The position numbers and the translations under genes were made by a program. Below, in pieces: positions 1 to 11,532 of a DNA stretch of 47,149 bases. Position 1 is the first letter of the stretch. Each line of letters opens with the position of its first letter. The notes under the pieces are model-generated. The model saw only the letters and a list, made by a program, of their open reading frames with translations. It did not search any database and was not told where the DNA came from. The stretch covers positions 80,427 through 127,575 of the forward strand of contig CAJMLO010000001.1 in the NCBI GenBank assembly GCA_905214245.1, in the 5' to 3' direction. Source of the DNA: an uncultured bacterium. Its GTDB lineage: Bacteria; Bacillota; Clostridia; TANB77; CAG-508.

Positions 1-1346
1 TCTCCATTTTCGTTAGGATTATCAATTTTAAGTTCTGCATCAACAACAGCCTTTCCTGCTGAGCCTATTTTTGTTTGAAAATCTGGTGTTAGAGCTGCAA
101 TTGGTGCAGTTTCTGTTAGTCCATATCCTTGAAGGAATGTAATTCCTATATCTTCAAGCCATTTACCAATTTTTGCATCAATTGGTGCTGCTGCAGAAAC
201 TATTATTCTTATTCTTCCACCTAAATTGTCATAAATTTCTGCAAATACCTTTCTCTTTATATCTACTCCAACTGCTTTTAAAGCATTTGTAACATGAATC
301 ATAGAATTAACTACGCCATCTTTTTTACTCTTTTTGATGTTTGCATTAATCTTTTTATATAAATTTTCTACTAAAAGTGGTACTGTTAGTAATGCTGTTG
401 GATTTGTTTCTTTTAAATCTGGAACTATATATTTTAGACCTTGGCAAATGCTTACTGAAGCGCCCATTGCAAATGGATATAAAAATCCGATTGATGATTC
501 ATATGTATGGTGAAGTGGTAATATTGACATTAGTCTATCATCTGGTCTTAGGTCAACATACGCTGATGCAGCATTTATATTTTGTGCTAAATTTCTGTTA
601 CATAGCATAACACCTTTTGCATTTGAAGTTGTTCCTGATGTAAATAAAAGCACTTTAAATTCATCTGGATCAATTTCTATTTTCATATAGCTGTCATCAC
701 CATTTTTTACTAATGTTTTACCTTCTTCTATTAAATGCTCAATTCCAACAAATCTATCTTCTAATGAACTATCAGAATTCATTTCAATAAAATATTTTAC
801 ATCTGGCAAATTTGGTGCAACTCTTTTTATTACTTCTTCCTTCTTTTTAGAAAAAATAACTGCAGATGCTTTTGACCTTTTAAGTACATTTTCTATTTCA
901 TTTTCTGGAAGTTCTTTATCAATTGGAACTGCAATGCCAACACCACAAAGCATTGTCATATATGCTGTATACCAATAGTGTGTGTTTTCTCCAATTATTG
1001 CAATTCTTGTATCTTTTAGTCCAAGTTTTCTAATTAAAGCTGTTCCAAGTCCAATAACTTCATCTTTAAATTCAGAATATGTAGTCTCAATCCATTTTCC
1101 TTTATGGTCTGTTTTTTCAAGTAAAAATGTATTGTTTGCAAATTTTTCTGTACTATATTCAAAGGCTTCTTTTATTGTATTATAATGAGTTCCTTCATAA
1201 TTTTTGTGTTCCTTCTTTTTTTGATTTTCTTCAGCTTTTTTCACTGCTTCATAATCAACTTTTACTTCATCAATTTCTGATATTTCTTTCATTTTGAATT
1301 TTGGAAATTTAAAATCTGGTATTTTAAAATCTTTTAATATTCTCAT
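1..1346 (-). CDS. Long-chain fatty-acid--CoA ligase (AMP-forming); N-terminal about 448 aa only, C-terminus lies beyond the window start
   Basis: Absent from the ORF track because it runs off the window. My translation from the ATG at 1346-1344 gives MRILKDFKIPDFKFPKF... It contains the AMP-binding signature LFTSGTTSNAKGVML and GYGLTETAP. A GGAGTG SD lies just upstream, 13 nt after the TetR stop. Confidence 0.85.
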   Translation of the reverse strand, partial: MRILKDFKIPDFKFPKFKMKEISEIDEVKVDYEAVKKAEENQKKKEHKNYEGTHYNTIKEAFEYSTEKFANNTFLLEKTDHKGKWIETTYSEFKDEVIGLGTALIRKLGLKDTRIAIIGENTHYWYTAYMTMLCGVGIAVPIDKELPENEIENVLKRSKASAVIFSKKKEEVIKRVAPNLPDVKYFIEMNSDSSLEDRFVGIEHLIEEGKTLVKNGDDSYMKIEIDPDEFKVLLFTSGTTSNAKGVMLCNRNLAQNINAASAYVDLRPDDRLMSILPLHHTYESSIGFLYPFAMGASVSICQGLKYIVPDLKETNPTALLTVPLLVENLYKKINANIKKSKKDGVVNSMIHVTNALKAVGVDIKRKVFAEIYDNLGGRIRIIVSAAAPIDAKIGKWLEDIGITFLQGYGLTETAPIAALTPDFQTKIGSAGKAVVDAELKIDNPNENG

Positions 1347-1359
1347 TGTAATTTCACTC

Positions 1360-1926
1360 CTATTTCATCATCTTTTTTAAAAAGGTATTATCAACTTCAT
1401 AAAACAATTTTTGTACATCTATTTCACCTTCATGCCTCATTTTGTAAATAAAGCTTGATGATATAAATCCAAAAATCCCTGATGCTAGTACATTACTATC
1501 AGCATCTACTATTTCGCCTTTTTCTTGCCCTTCCTTTACTATTTCCTCTATCATTTGTATATATTCAAAAACATGCTTTTTGCATAATTGACTACGTTCG
1601 TCATTTCCCCAAATTTGGCTTAATATAATTGTCATAAAACTTTCATATTTAAAAAGTACCTTTATTTGTATTAATACAATTGCTCTTATTTTATCTATCG
1701 AATTTTTTAAATTGTCTGTTTTTATACTAATACTGTTTTTAAGTAACTTTACGCCCTCCTCAACAAGGAACTCAAAAATTTCTTCCTTGCTAGAAAAGTG
1801 ATAATAAAGCGTTCCTTTTGCCACACCAACTGTTGCTGTTATTTCTTCAATGCTTGTTGCATCATATCCTTTATCTGCAAACAATTTCATTGAAGTTTCA
1901 AATATTTTTCTTTTGGTTTTGTTCAT
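1360..1926 (-). CDS. TetR/AcrR family transcriptional regulator, probably co-transcribed with the acyl-CoA ligase
   Basis: N-terminal HTH resembles TetR (ATSIEEITATVGVAKGTLYYHFSSKEEI). 188 aa. AAGGTGA SD upstream. Confidence 0.85.
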   Translation of the reverse strand: MNKTKRKIFETSMKLFADKGYDATSIEEITATVGVAKGTLYYHFSSKEEIFEFLVEEGVKLLKNSISIKTDNLKNSIDKIRAIVLIQIKVLFKYESFMTIILSQIWGNDERSQLCKKHVFEYIQMIEEIVKEGQEKGEIVDADSNVLASGIFGFISSSFIYKMRHEGEIDVQKLFYEVDNTFLKKMMK

Positions 1927-2068
1927 TTATTTCACCTTTTAAACATAATAATTCACGATTAATTATATAATTTATTTTTAAATTATGCAAGATTTTTTTG
2001 CTAATTTGTACCGTTTGGTCTATTACTAAAATAGATTTTGCAAAATTGGGTTGATATTTTTTTAAACG

Positions 2069-2125
2069 TGTAATATAATTGTAACGAAATTGTAATAATA
2101 ATGAAATAAAACTGTAATATATAAT
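2069..2125 (+). promoter_or_regulatory. Five hexamers TGTAAT/TGTAAC/TGTAAT/TGAAAT/TGTAAT spaced exactly 11 bp apart, abutting a TATAAT -10 box upstream of mreB
   Basis: Hexamers start at 2069, 2080, 2091, 2102 and 2113. TATAAT is at 2120-2125. There is no good -35 at the expected position (AATAAT). Confidence 0.5.
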
Positions 2126-2147
2126 TTTATTGAAAGGAAGATGCAAA

Positions 2148-3152
2148 ATGTTTAAATGGGGACAAGATATAGGTATAGACTTAGGAACTGCAACAGTTAT
2201 AGCATATGTTAAAGGAAAAGGAATAGTACTTAGAGAACCATCTGTAGTTGCTGTAGATAATAACACTGGTGAGGTTTTGGCTGTTGGAAAGGAAGCAAGA
2301 CGTATGCTTGGAAGAACCCCAGGAAATATTGTTGCAACAAGACCTCTTCGTGATGGAGTTATATCAAATTACACAGTTACAGAAAAAATGCTTAAATACT
2401 TCATAAGCCATGTTTGTGGTAAGTTTGTATTTTCTCCACGAATTATGATTTGTATACCTTCAAGAGTAACAGAAGTTGAAAAAAAAGCTGTTATAGATGC
2501 AGCATCACAGGCAGGTGCTAGAAAAGTATATTTAATAGAAGAGCCAATCGCTGCTGCAATTGGAGCTGGAATTGATATTTCTAAACCTTGCGGAAATATG
2601 GTTGTAGATATTGGCGGTGGAACAACTGATATAGCAGTTATTTCTCTTGGTGGTTCTGTTGTAAGTGAATCTTTAAAAGTTGCAGGAGATAAATTTGACG
2701 AAGCAATTGTTAAATATATCAAAAGAAAATATAATGTAATGATTGGAGAAAGAACTGCAGAAGATTTAAAAATTAATATCGGATGTGTTTACCCTAAAAT
2801 ACAAGATTCAGAAATGGATATTAGAGGAAGAGACTTAATTACTGGGCTTCCTAAAACTATAACTATTCATTCTAGTGAAATGCTTGAAGCACTGATTGAA
2901 CCAGCTATGATGATTGTTGATTGTGTTCACACAGTTCTTGAAAAAACTCCACCGGAGCTTGCAGCTGATATAAGCGACAGAGGTATATATATGACAGGTG
3001 GCGGATGTTTAGTAGATGGGCTAGATAAATTAATAGAATCTAAAACTGGAATACATGTTATGATTGCAAATGATGCAGTTTCATGTGTAGCTCTTGGTAC
3101 TGGAAAAGCACTTGATAATCTTGACTCATTAGATGGAAAGAAAAAATATTAA
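2148..3152 (+). CDS. mreB: Rod-shape-determining actin homologue MreB/Mbl
   Basis: MFKWGQDIGIDLGTA..., DIGGGTTDIAV and GGGCLV are actin-fold phosphate motifs. Start moved to the ATG at 2148, which has an AAAGGAAG SD, rather than the track's TTG at 2130. Confidence 0.93.
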   Translation: MFKWGQDIGIDLGTATVIAYVKGKGIVLREPSVVAVDNNTGEVLAVGKEARRMLGRTPGNIVATRPLRDGVISNYTVTEKMLKYFISHVCGKFVFSPRIMICIPSRVTEVEKKAVIDAASQAGARKVYLIEEPIAAAIGAGIDISKPCGNMVVDIGGGTTDIAVISLGGSVVSESLKVAGDKFDEAIVKYIKRKYNVMIGERTAEDLKINIGCVYPKIQDSEMDIRGRDLITGLPKTITIHSSEMLEALIEPAMMIVDCVHTVLEKTPPELAADISDRGIYMTGGGCLVDGLDKLIESKTGIHVMIANDAVSCVALGTGKALDNLDSLDGKKKY

Positions 3153-3164
3153 TTATTCTTACAA

Positions 3165-3194
3165 AAAAACGGAAATTTTAAAATTTCCGTTTTT
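3165..3194. terminator. Bidirectional intrinsic terminator shared by mreB and the convergent gene at 3202-3639
   Basis: Perfect palindrome AAAAACGGAAATTTT/AAAATTTCCGTTTTT with A/T runs on both sides. Confidence 0.8.
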
Positions 3195-3201
3195 CTTTGT
3201 A

Positions 3202-3639
3202 TTATTTTGTATTAGAAATTGTTACTACAAATCTTTCTACATTAGGATATTTGAACTTAGCCTCATATGTTTTTTCCTCTCCTGCATCAAGAGTACCTAT
3301 TTCAACATATTCTTTTCCTATTTCTACATTATTTTTTGTATAAAAATCAAACTCAATATATTTTCCCTTTATTTCTGCATCAGTATTATTTTTTACAGTT
3401 CCTTTTATATATCCATTTGCATTAGTTTGTTTTGCTTCCTGTACCGTAATAGCTGGGCTTTTTGCCTTTATTTCATATGACTCAATTGGTCTATAAAAAG
3501 ACTTAACACATACAGCTGTTGCGACTGCACAAAAAACGACTAATAAAACTGACCATAAAATCCATCTTTTAAGATTTGTTGTTTGCACTCTTGTATTTGC
3601 AAACCAAATTTCATTATAGTCTCCCATAACATCCTCCAT
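3202..3639 (-). CDS. Single-pass membrane protein with an extracytoplasmic beta-rich (FxLYD-like) domain, co-transcribed with lexA
   Basis: One TM segment (WILWSVLLVVFCAVATAVCV). The C-terminal domain GTVKNNTDAEIKGKYIEFDFYTKNN...GEEKTYEAKF resembles FxLYD-type domains. It begins 3 nt after the lexA stop. The true start may be the second ATG at 3627, which has a GGAGG SD. Confidence 0.6.
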   Translation of the reverse strand: MEDVMGDYNEIWFANTRVQTTNLKRWILWSVLLVVFCAVATAVCVKSFYRPIESYEIKAKSPAITVQEAKQTNANGYIKGTVKNNTDAEIKGKYIEFDFYTKNNVEIGKEYVEIGTLDAGEEKTYEAKFKYPNVERFVVTISNTK

Positions 3640-3642
3640 AAA

Positions 3643-4311
3643 TTACATTTTTCTAAATACTCCTATTACCTTGCCTAGTATCTCACAGTTTGGAACGATT
3701 ATTGGATCCATTGTACTATTTTCAGGTTGTAATCTTATGTAATCTTTTTCTTTGTAAAATGTTTTTACTGTTGCTTCATCTTCAATTAATGCAACAACAA
3801 TTTCACCATTTTCTGCTGTATTTTGTTTTCTAACTAAAATATAATCTCCACTTAAAATACCAGCTTCAATCATACTTTCTCCTCTTACAGTAAGCATAAA
3901 GCTTTCACTGTTTCCAACAAAATCAATAGGAATAGGAAATGTATCTGTAACATTTTCCACTGCAAGAATTGGTTCTCCTGCTGTAATTTTTCCAATAACA
4001 GGAACTTCTACCATCTCTCTACTTGCATAAAAATCTTTTGATTCTTTTCTTTTCTTTTTAGCTACATTTTCCCCATTTTCATCTTTGATTAATTTTAGAG
4101 TTCTACCCTTTTGATTTTCTTTTCTTATATATCCTTTTTCCTCTAATCTTTTAAGATATCCATGTACTGTTGCAGTTGAACTTAAACCTACAGCTTTTCC
4201 AATTTCTCTAACTGATGGTGGATATCCTTCTTTTTCTATTTGTTTTGCAATAAATTTTAATATTGATTTTTCTCTTTTGTTTAGTCCGTCCTTTAATATT
4301 TTATGTTTCAA
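3643..4311 (-). CDS. lexA: LexA SOS repressor (S24 peptidase)
   Basis: Winged-helix N-terminus ([32 protein letters not shown]). S24 domain with [11 protein letters not shown] (Ser nucleophile) and VKTF (Lys). TTG start with an AGGAG SD. Confidence 0.93.
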   Translation of the reverse strand: MKHKILKDGLNKREKSILKFIAKQIEKEGYPPSVREIGKAVGLSSTATVHGYLKRLEEKGYIRKENQKGRTLKLIKDENGENVAKKKRKESKDFYASREMVEVPVIGKITAGEPILAVENVTDTFPIPIDFVGNSESFMLTVRGESMIEAGILSGDYILVRKQNTAENGEIVVALIEDEATVKTFYKEKDYIRLQPENSTMDPIIVPNCEILGKVIGVFRKM

Positions 4312-4345
4312 AAAACATCACTCCTATTTCCCTCTATTTGGTCAT

Positions 4346-4374
4346 ATCATATCACACAAACAAAAAAATGTCAA
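4346..4374 (-). promoter_or_regulatory. Candidate sigma-A promoter for lexA (TTGACA-17-TATGAT)
   Basis: On the minus strand, TTGACA lies at 4374-4369 and TATGAT at 4351-4346, 17 nt apart. It overlaps the 3' arm of the obg terminator. Confidence 0.45.
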
Positions 4375-4395
4375 ACAAATTTTTGACATTTTTTG
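4362..4395 (-). terminator. Intrinsic terminator after obg
   Basis: Inverted repeat AAAAAATGTCAAA/TTTGACATTTTTT followed by a T-run on the minus strand. Confidence 0.7.
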
Positions 4396-4412
4396 TGTTG
4401 GATTATCAAAAT

Positions 4413-6702
<2,290 letters not shown>

Positions 6703-6711
6703 AGCTTCCTC

Positions 6712-7545
6712 CTATTTTCTCTTTGCAAGTAATGTTACAAAGTAAATTGTTCCTGATATTAGTACTATCATAGGTCCTGCGCCTATATTAAAGTAATATG
6801 AAATTATTAGTCCTGCTATTCCAGAAAACATTGAAATTATTATTGCAAACAAATGATATGTTCTCATATTTTTTGTAATATTTCTACTTGATGCTGCAGG
6901 TAATATAAGTAATGAATTTATTAATAAAATTCCTACCCATCTTATTGAAATCATTACCATTATTGCAATAAGTACAACAAAAATATTGTCTATTTTTTTT
7001 ACATTTATTCCTTTACTTTTTGCAAGTGTACTATTTATACTAATTACATTTAATTTGTTAAATGTAAAATACCAAAATGCTATAACTGCTATTGTTGCAA
7101 TAAAAGCATATAAAATTTCAGAATTTGAAATACTTAAAATATCTCCAACTAAATAACTTGAATATTTGTTAAAATTACCACTTTGTGCAAGTATTGCAAG
7201 TCCTAAAGCAATTGCAATTGACGAAAATACACTTATAATTGTATCTGCTCCATATGTTGTTTTGTTTTTAACATAATTTAATAAAAGTGCAAATATTATT
7301 GCAAATATTATCATTCCAATATTTATATTTGTTATTCCAAGTACCATTCCAATTGCAATTCCTGTTAATGCAGAATGACCTAGCGCATCTGAAAAAAACG
7401 CCATCTTATTATTAACTATCATTGTACCAAGTATCGCAAACGCAGGTGTTATAAGAAGTATAGCAACTAATGCATTTTGCATAAATGGATAACTTATAAA
7501 TTCAAATGGTATTACTTTCTGTAAAATGCTACCTATTAATTCCAT
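6712..7545 (-). CDS. Metal (Zn/Mn-type) ABC transporter permease
   Basis: Polytopic membrane protein of the ZnuB/MntB/TroC type, adjacent to a matching ATPase and SBP. Start moved to MELIGS (7545), which has a TTGGAGGAAAAG SD. Confidence 0.85.
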   Translation of the reverse strand: MELIGSILQKVIPFEFISYPFMQNALVAILLITPAFAILGTMIVNNKMAFFSDALGHSALTGIAIGMVLGITNINIGMIIFAIIFALLLNYVKNKTTYGADTIISVFSSIAIALGLAILAQSGNFNKYSSYLVGDILSISNSEILYAFIATIAVIAFWYFTFNKLNVISINSTLAKSKGINVKKIDNIFVVLIAIMVMISIRWVGILLINSLLILPAASSRNITKNMRTYHLFAIIISMFSGIAGLIISYYFNIGAGPMIVLISGTIYFVTLLAKRK

Positions 7546-7558
7546 CTTTTCCTCCAAT

Positions 7559-8290
7559 TTATTTTTGTAATTGACCAAATCTATTTTTAAATTCTAAGCT
7601 ATTAAATACTTGCTCTGGTTCTCCTTCTTTTATTACCTCTTTATCAAGTAATATAATTTTATCAGCATACTGTCTTGCAAGTTCTAAATCATGTGAAACC
7701 ATTATAATTGACATGTCGTACTCACTCTTAAGTCTGCTAATTGTCTCATAAAATTCTCTCGTTCCATTTTCATCTATTCCAGAAACTGGTTCATCTAAAA
7801 TAAGTAAATTGGGAATTGGCTTTGTCGCAATACTAATTAATACACGTTGAAGCTCTCCACCAGATAAATCCCCTATACTTTTATCAATTAATTTTTCTGC
7901 TCCAAATTTTCTTAAATGTTCTATTATTTCTTTTTCTATCTTTTTATCTTTTTTTAGCCAAACTGGTACATGGCAAATACATGAAGCAAACATATCATAC
8001 ACAGTTGTAGGCATATGTCTTTCTATATTTATACTTTGAGGCACATAACCTATTTTTATTCTTTTCGTTAAATTATCTTTTTTATCTACAAAAGTAATTT
8101 TCCCAGTGTGTGGAATTTCTCCAAGTATTGCTTTTAAAAGTGTACTCTTACCTGCGCCATTTCGACCTATAATAACTGCAAGTTCACCACAATGAACATG
8201 AATATTTACATTTTTTAATATTACATCTTTTCCAAACTTTACGCCTATGTTGTTAATTTTTGTGCAGTGAAGTCCACATACTTTTTCCAT
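7559..8290 (-). CDS. Metal ABC transporter ATP-binding protein
   Basis: Walker A GRNGAGKST, signature LSGGELQR, Walker B LLILDEP. Confidence 0.9.
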   Translation of the reverse strand: MEKVCGLHCTKINNIGVKFGKDVILKNVNIHVHCGELAVIIGRNGAGKSTLLKAILGEIPHTGKITFVDKKDNLTKRIKIGYVPQSINIERHMPTTVYDMFASCICHVPVWLKKDKKIEKEIIEHLRKFGAEKLIDKSIGDLSGGELQRVLISIATKPIPNLLILDEPVSGIDENGTREFYETISRLKSEYDMSIIMVSHDLELARQYADKIILLDKEVIKEGEPEQVFNSLEFKNRFGQLQK

Positions 8291-8310
8291 ATATTACTGT
8301 TTCCTTTCTT

Positions 8311-9210
8311 TTATTTTGCTTTTAATATTTCTAAATTTTGTTTCATTGCATTTATATACGCATCTTTGTCTAAACTACCTGTTGTAGCAGAATCAAGTAC
8401 AAAAATATTTGCCCCTGTTTCTTTTGAAATTGTCTTAGCTGTTCTTGTATCTTCATCAATATCAACTAAAATTATTTTTCCATTTGAGGATTTCATCTCA
8501 TCAATTACATTCTTTAGAGTTTCTCCTGAAAGAGCTGTTTCTTCATGTGATGTATGTATTAGTTTTAAATTGAGTCCAATTTCCTTTGCAAAATATGCAA
8601 AATTTTCATTTAATGTTACTGCTTTTTCTCCTTTTAAGTCCAATTCCTCTTCATATTCTTTTTTTAGATTTTCTAATTTTTCAACATATTTATTACAATT
8701 TTTTTCATAGATATCAGCATTTTCCGGATTTTTTTCTTTTAAAGCATTTGTTATATTCTTTACCTGCTGAATATTTTTTGATATGCTTGTCCATATATGA
8801 GGATTTGTTTCATCTTCGCCCTCATCTTCTATTAAATCACTCATTTGACTACTTGAATCAATTATTTCAAGATTCGGCTTGCTCTCAACTATTTTATTAA
8901 AACTATCTTCAAGTCCTAATCCATTTTCTATAAATACATTTGCTTTTTCTATCTTTTTCATATCAGATGTTGTTAATGTATAATTATGAACACATCCAGT
9001 ATTTGCTTCTGTCATATTATCAAGTGTAACATTTTTAGCACCATCTACAATATTTGCTGTCATAACATATATAGGATAAAAAGATGTTACAATTTTAAAA
9101 TTATCATCTTCTTTAATCTCTTTGTTTTTTCTTGTATATGCTACAATAATTCCAGCCATTATGCTAAGTACCATAATAGCTATTACGATATATTTTATAT
9201 ATTTTTTCAA
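8311..9210 (-). CDS. Metal ABC transporter substrate-binding protein (cluster A-I, ZnuA/TroA-like)
   Basis: N-terminal TM/signal anchor. Acidic loop DLIEDEGEDETNPHIW is typical of Zn-type SBPs. TTG start after GGGAGG. Confidence 0.85.
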   Translation of the reverse strand: MKKYIKYIVIAIMVLSIMAGIIVAYTRKNKEIKEDDNFKIVTSFYPIYVMTANIVDGAKNVTLDNMTEANTGCVHNYTLTTSDMKKIEKANVFIENGLGLEDSFNKIVESKPNLEIIDSSSQMSDLIEDEGEDETNPHIWTSISKNIQQVKNITNALKEKNPENADIYEKNCNKYVEKLENLKKEYEEELDLKGEKAVTLNENFAYFAKEIGLNLKLIHTSHEETALSGETLKNVIDEMKSSNGKIILVDIDEDTRTAKTISKETGANIFVLDSATTGSLDKDAYINAMKQNLEILKAK

Positions 9211-9270
9211 ATCTCATTTCCTCCCATTTGTACATATATAATGATACCATTTTTTGCCTTTATTTTCAAG

Positions 9271-10125
9271 CTATTTCAAAATTTGTTTTATTTCTTCCAA
9301 ATTCTCTATCACAGCATTATATCCATACTCAAAACATTTATCTAAATTTTCCATTTCTAAAAGTCCTGTTTTATCTGTTTTAACATTTAAAATATAATCA
9401 CTTTTTTCTAAATTCGACTCTGCAATTTTGCTTCCCATTATATCAATTGTTTTCATAACAATATCCATAACATTACTATCCTCGTTTATCTCATCACTGT
9501 CAAATTTTACAGCAATAACTTTATCAGCACCTTGTCTTTTTACTTCCTCAACAGGAACATTATCAAGAGCTCCTCCATCCATAAATGCATGCTTTTGAAC
9601 ACTGCACAAATCAAAAACAGCTGGAAAGCTACTGCTTGCCCTCACTGCTTTTCCTATGCTTATATCATTTATATATTCTATAGATTCATTTCTTTTTTGT
9701 GGTATTTTATTTGTAAAAATGTATTCCTTTGATTCCATAATATCAACCGATGGAATTACAAGTGGCATCTTAATTTGTTTTATATTATCTACACCTTTTT
9801 GTTTTGCAATATTATCATATAGTTCCTCTATATTTTTTCCATTTCTAAAGCCTTTTATTGTTTTTTCCTTTCTTCCAATAAAAGTTTTTATTCCAGATAT
9901 AATTGGAAAAGTGTTGCTTCCAATTATTTTTCTTGCATTTTTTCTGAAAAGCATATATATTTCTTCAGGAGAATACCCCATAGCATACAAACTTGCAACC
10001 ATACTACCTGCACTTGTACCACCAATCACATCAACATTTATTCCATTATTTTTTAATGCTTGCAATACTCCCGCATGTGCTATTCCTCTAATTCCACCAC
10101 CGGACAAAGCTATCCCTAGTTTCAT
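9271..10125 (-). CDS. Patatin-like phospholipase
   Basis: GGGIRG oxyanion motif, GTSAGS nucleophile elbow (GxSxG), DGG catalytic Asp motif. Confidence 0.9.
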   Translation of the reverse strand: MKLGIALSGGGIRGIAHAGVLQALKNNGINVDVIGGTSAGSMVASLYAMGYSPEEIYMLFRKNARKIIGSNTFPIISGIKTFIGRKEKTIKGFRNGKNIEELYDNIAKQKGVDNIKQIKMPLVIPSVDIMESKEYIFTNKIPQKRNESIEYINDISIGKAVRASSSFPAVFDLCSVQKHAFMDGGALDNVPVEEVKRQGADKVIAVKFDSDEINEDSNVMDIVMKTIDIMGSKIAESNLEKSDYILNVKTDKTGLLEMENLDKCFEYGYNAVIENLEEIKQILK

Positions 10126-10222
10126 TTATACCACTCCCTGTAATTTATTATATGAACATTATTAGCAGTTTGTATAAATTTTAATCATAGCATAAAAGAA
10201 AATTATAGCATATTTTTAGCAC

Positions 10223-10272
10223 AAAAGAACTCAAATTATTAAACTAATTTGTCTAATAATTTGAGTTCTTTT
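10223..10272 (-). terminator. Intrinsic terminator after the rpsF-ssb-rpsR operon
   Basis: 18-bp inverted repeat AAAAGAACTCAAATTATT/AATAATTTGAGTTCTTTT, 15 nt downstream of the rpsR stop. Confidence 0.65.
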
Positions 10273-10287
10273 TATTAAAATTCATTA

Positions 10288-10569
10288 CTATTCAGCTGTG
10301 TATGGAAGTATAGCAATTTGTCTTGCTCTTTTTACTGTTAAAGTAATATCTCTTTGATGTTTTGCACAAGCACCTGTTGCTCTTCTTGGAAGTATTTTTC
10401 CTTTATCATTAATGAATTTTCTTAATTGATCAGCATTTTTATAATCTAAAACAAGATTCTTGTCTGCACATAATGGGCAAACTTTTTTTCTCATTTTTCT
10501 GAATTTTGGATTATAATCATCTTGATTATTGTTTCTATTATTTCTTTTATTTTTCTTATTATCTGCCAT
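10288..10569 (-). CDS. rpsR: 30S ribosomal protein S18
   Basis: [50 protein letters not shown]. Confidence 0.95.
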   Translation of the reverse strand: MADNKKNKRNNRNNNQDDYNPKFRKMRKKVCPLCADKNLVLDYKNADQLRKFINDKGKILPRRATGACAKHQRDITLTVKRARQIAILPYTAE

Positions 10570-10616
10570 TATCGTTTTCCCCCTTTCTTGAATACATGTA
10601 TATCTCTTTTACCATT

Positions 10617-11045
10617 TTAGAATGGTAAATCATCTCCTGAAGATATTTCAAAGTCAGAATTTTGTGTGTTTGCAGATGGCATTGCACCAAATGTAGCATC
10701 AAAGTTTCCACTTGATTCTCCATCTCTTCTTCCTTCTGCAAAATATGCTTCTTCAGCAACAACTTCTGTTACATAGTGTTTTTGACCTTGGTCATCATCC
10801 CATGTTCTTGTTTGAATTCTTCCTACAATTCCAACTTGTTGTCCTTTTTTGAAATATTTGCTACAAAATTCTCCCAGTTTTCCCCAAGCAACAATATTAA
10901 TAAAATCTGCTTGTCTTTCTTCTCCTTGTCTTACAAATCTTCTATTAACAGCCAAAGAAAATGAAGCAACTAATGTATTGCTTGTTTGAGTATATCTTAC
11001 CTCTGGATCTCTTGTTAATCTTCCCATTAGAATTACTTTGTTCAT
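10617..11045 (-). CDS. ssb: Single-stranded DNA-binding protein
   Basis: OB fold begins MNKVILMGRLTRDPEVRY. Acidic C-terminal tip DDLPF. Confidence 0.95.
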   Translation of the reverse strand: MNKVILMGRLTRDPEVRYTQTSNTLVASFSLAVNRRFVRQGEERQADFINIVAWGKLGEFCSKYFKKGQQVGIVGRIQTRTWDDDQGQKHYVTEVVAEEAYFAEGRRDGESSGNFDATFGAMPSANTQNSDFEISSGDDLPF

Positions 11046-11088
11046 ATTTAAACTACCATCCTTTCTATATTAAAAAGGCCCCCTAAAA

Positions 11089-11367
11089 TTATTTTTTTAT
11101 TACGATAAATTTGATAACTTCATCTGTAATTCTATAATTTCTCTCTAATTCTTTGATTAGACTTGGGTTTGCTTCAAAGTCAAATACAACATAGTATCCT
11201 TCTTTGTTCTTAGCGATTTCGTAAGCTAATTTCTTTTTACCTACTTCATCAACTTTTTCAACTTTACCATCATTATTAATCAATGCTGTAAATCTCTCGA
11301 TTAAACCTTTTATGATTTCCTCGCTAGAATTTGGATTAATAATGATAACACTCTCGTACTTATTCAT
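11089..11367 (-). CDS. rpsF: 30S ribosomal protein S6
   Basis: MNKYESVIIINP...YYVVFDFEA, in conserved rpsF-ssb-rpsR synteny. Confidence 0.93.
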   Translation of the reverse strand: MNKYESVIIINPNSSEEIIKGLIERFTALINNDGKVEKVDEVGKKKLAYEIAKNKEGYYVVFDFEANPSLIKELERNYRITDEVIKFIVIKK

Positions 11368-11435
11368 TATTTTTTCACCTCCTTGTGGATATATAACCTA
11401 TATTTTTTATATAGGTAAGGAAACTATTTTTATCT

Positions 11436-11470
11436 AAAAAATAGTAACGCTATTTCTAACGTTACTATTT
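11436..11470 (-). terminator. Intrinsic terminator after the gene at 11533-12057
   Basis: AATAGTAACG/CGTTACTATT stem followed by a T-run on the minus strand. Confidence 0.65.
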
Positions 11471-11532
11471 TACCACGTTTTTCCTTCATTTGCAAGGAAA
11501 ATAGAAAAATTTTGTGTTACACATATTTATTT

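Noticed and set aside
1927-2068. TetR operator in the divergent TetR/mreB intergenic region (such as GTACCGTTTGGTC around 2008-2020).
   Set aside because: It is only a weak, imperfect dyad (ACC-GTTT-GGT), which is not enough evidence to call an operator.
9211-9270. Zur/MntR-type operator upstream of the metal ABC operon.
   Set aside because: I see no TCGTAAT-N-ATTACGA-like dyad in the 60-nt gap. A divergent operator cannot be excluded without the organism-specific motif.
10559-10762. 67-aa minus-strand ORF spanning the ssb-rpsR junction; also 41495-41683 inside ppa and 1898-2266 across the TetR/mreB promoter region.
   Set aside because: They overlap bona fide genes or promoters in alternative frames, with no RBS and no recognisable protein features.
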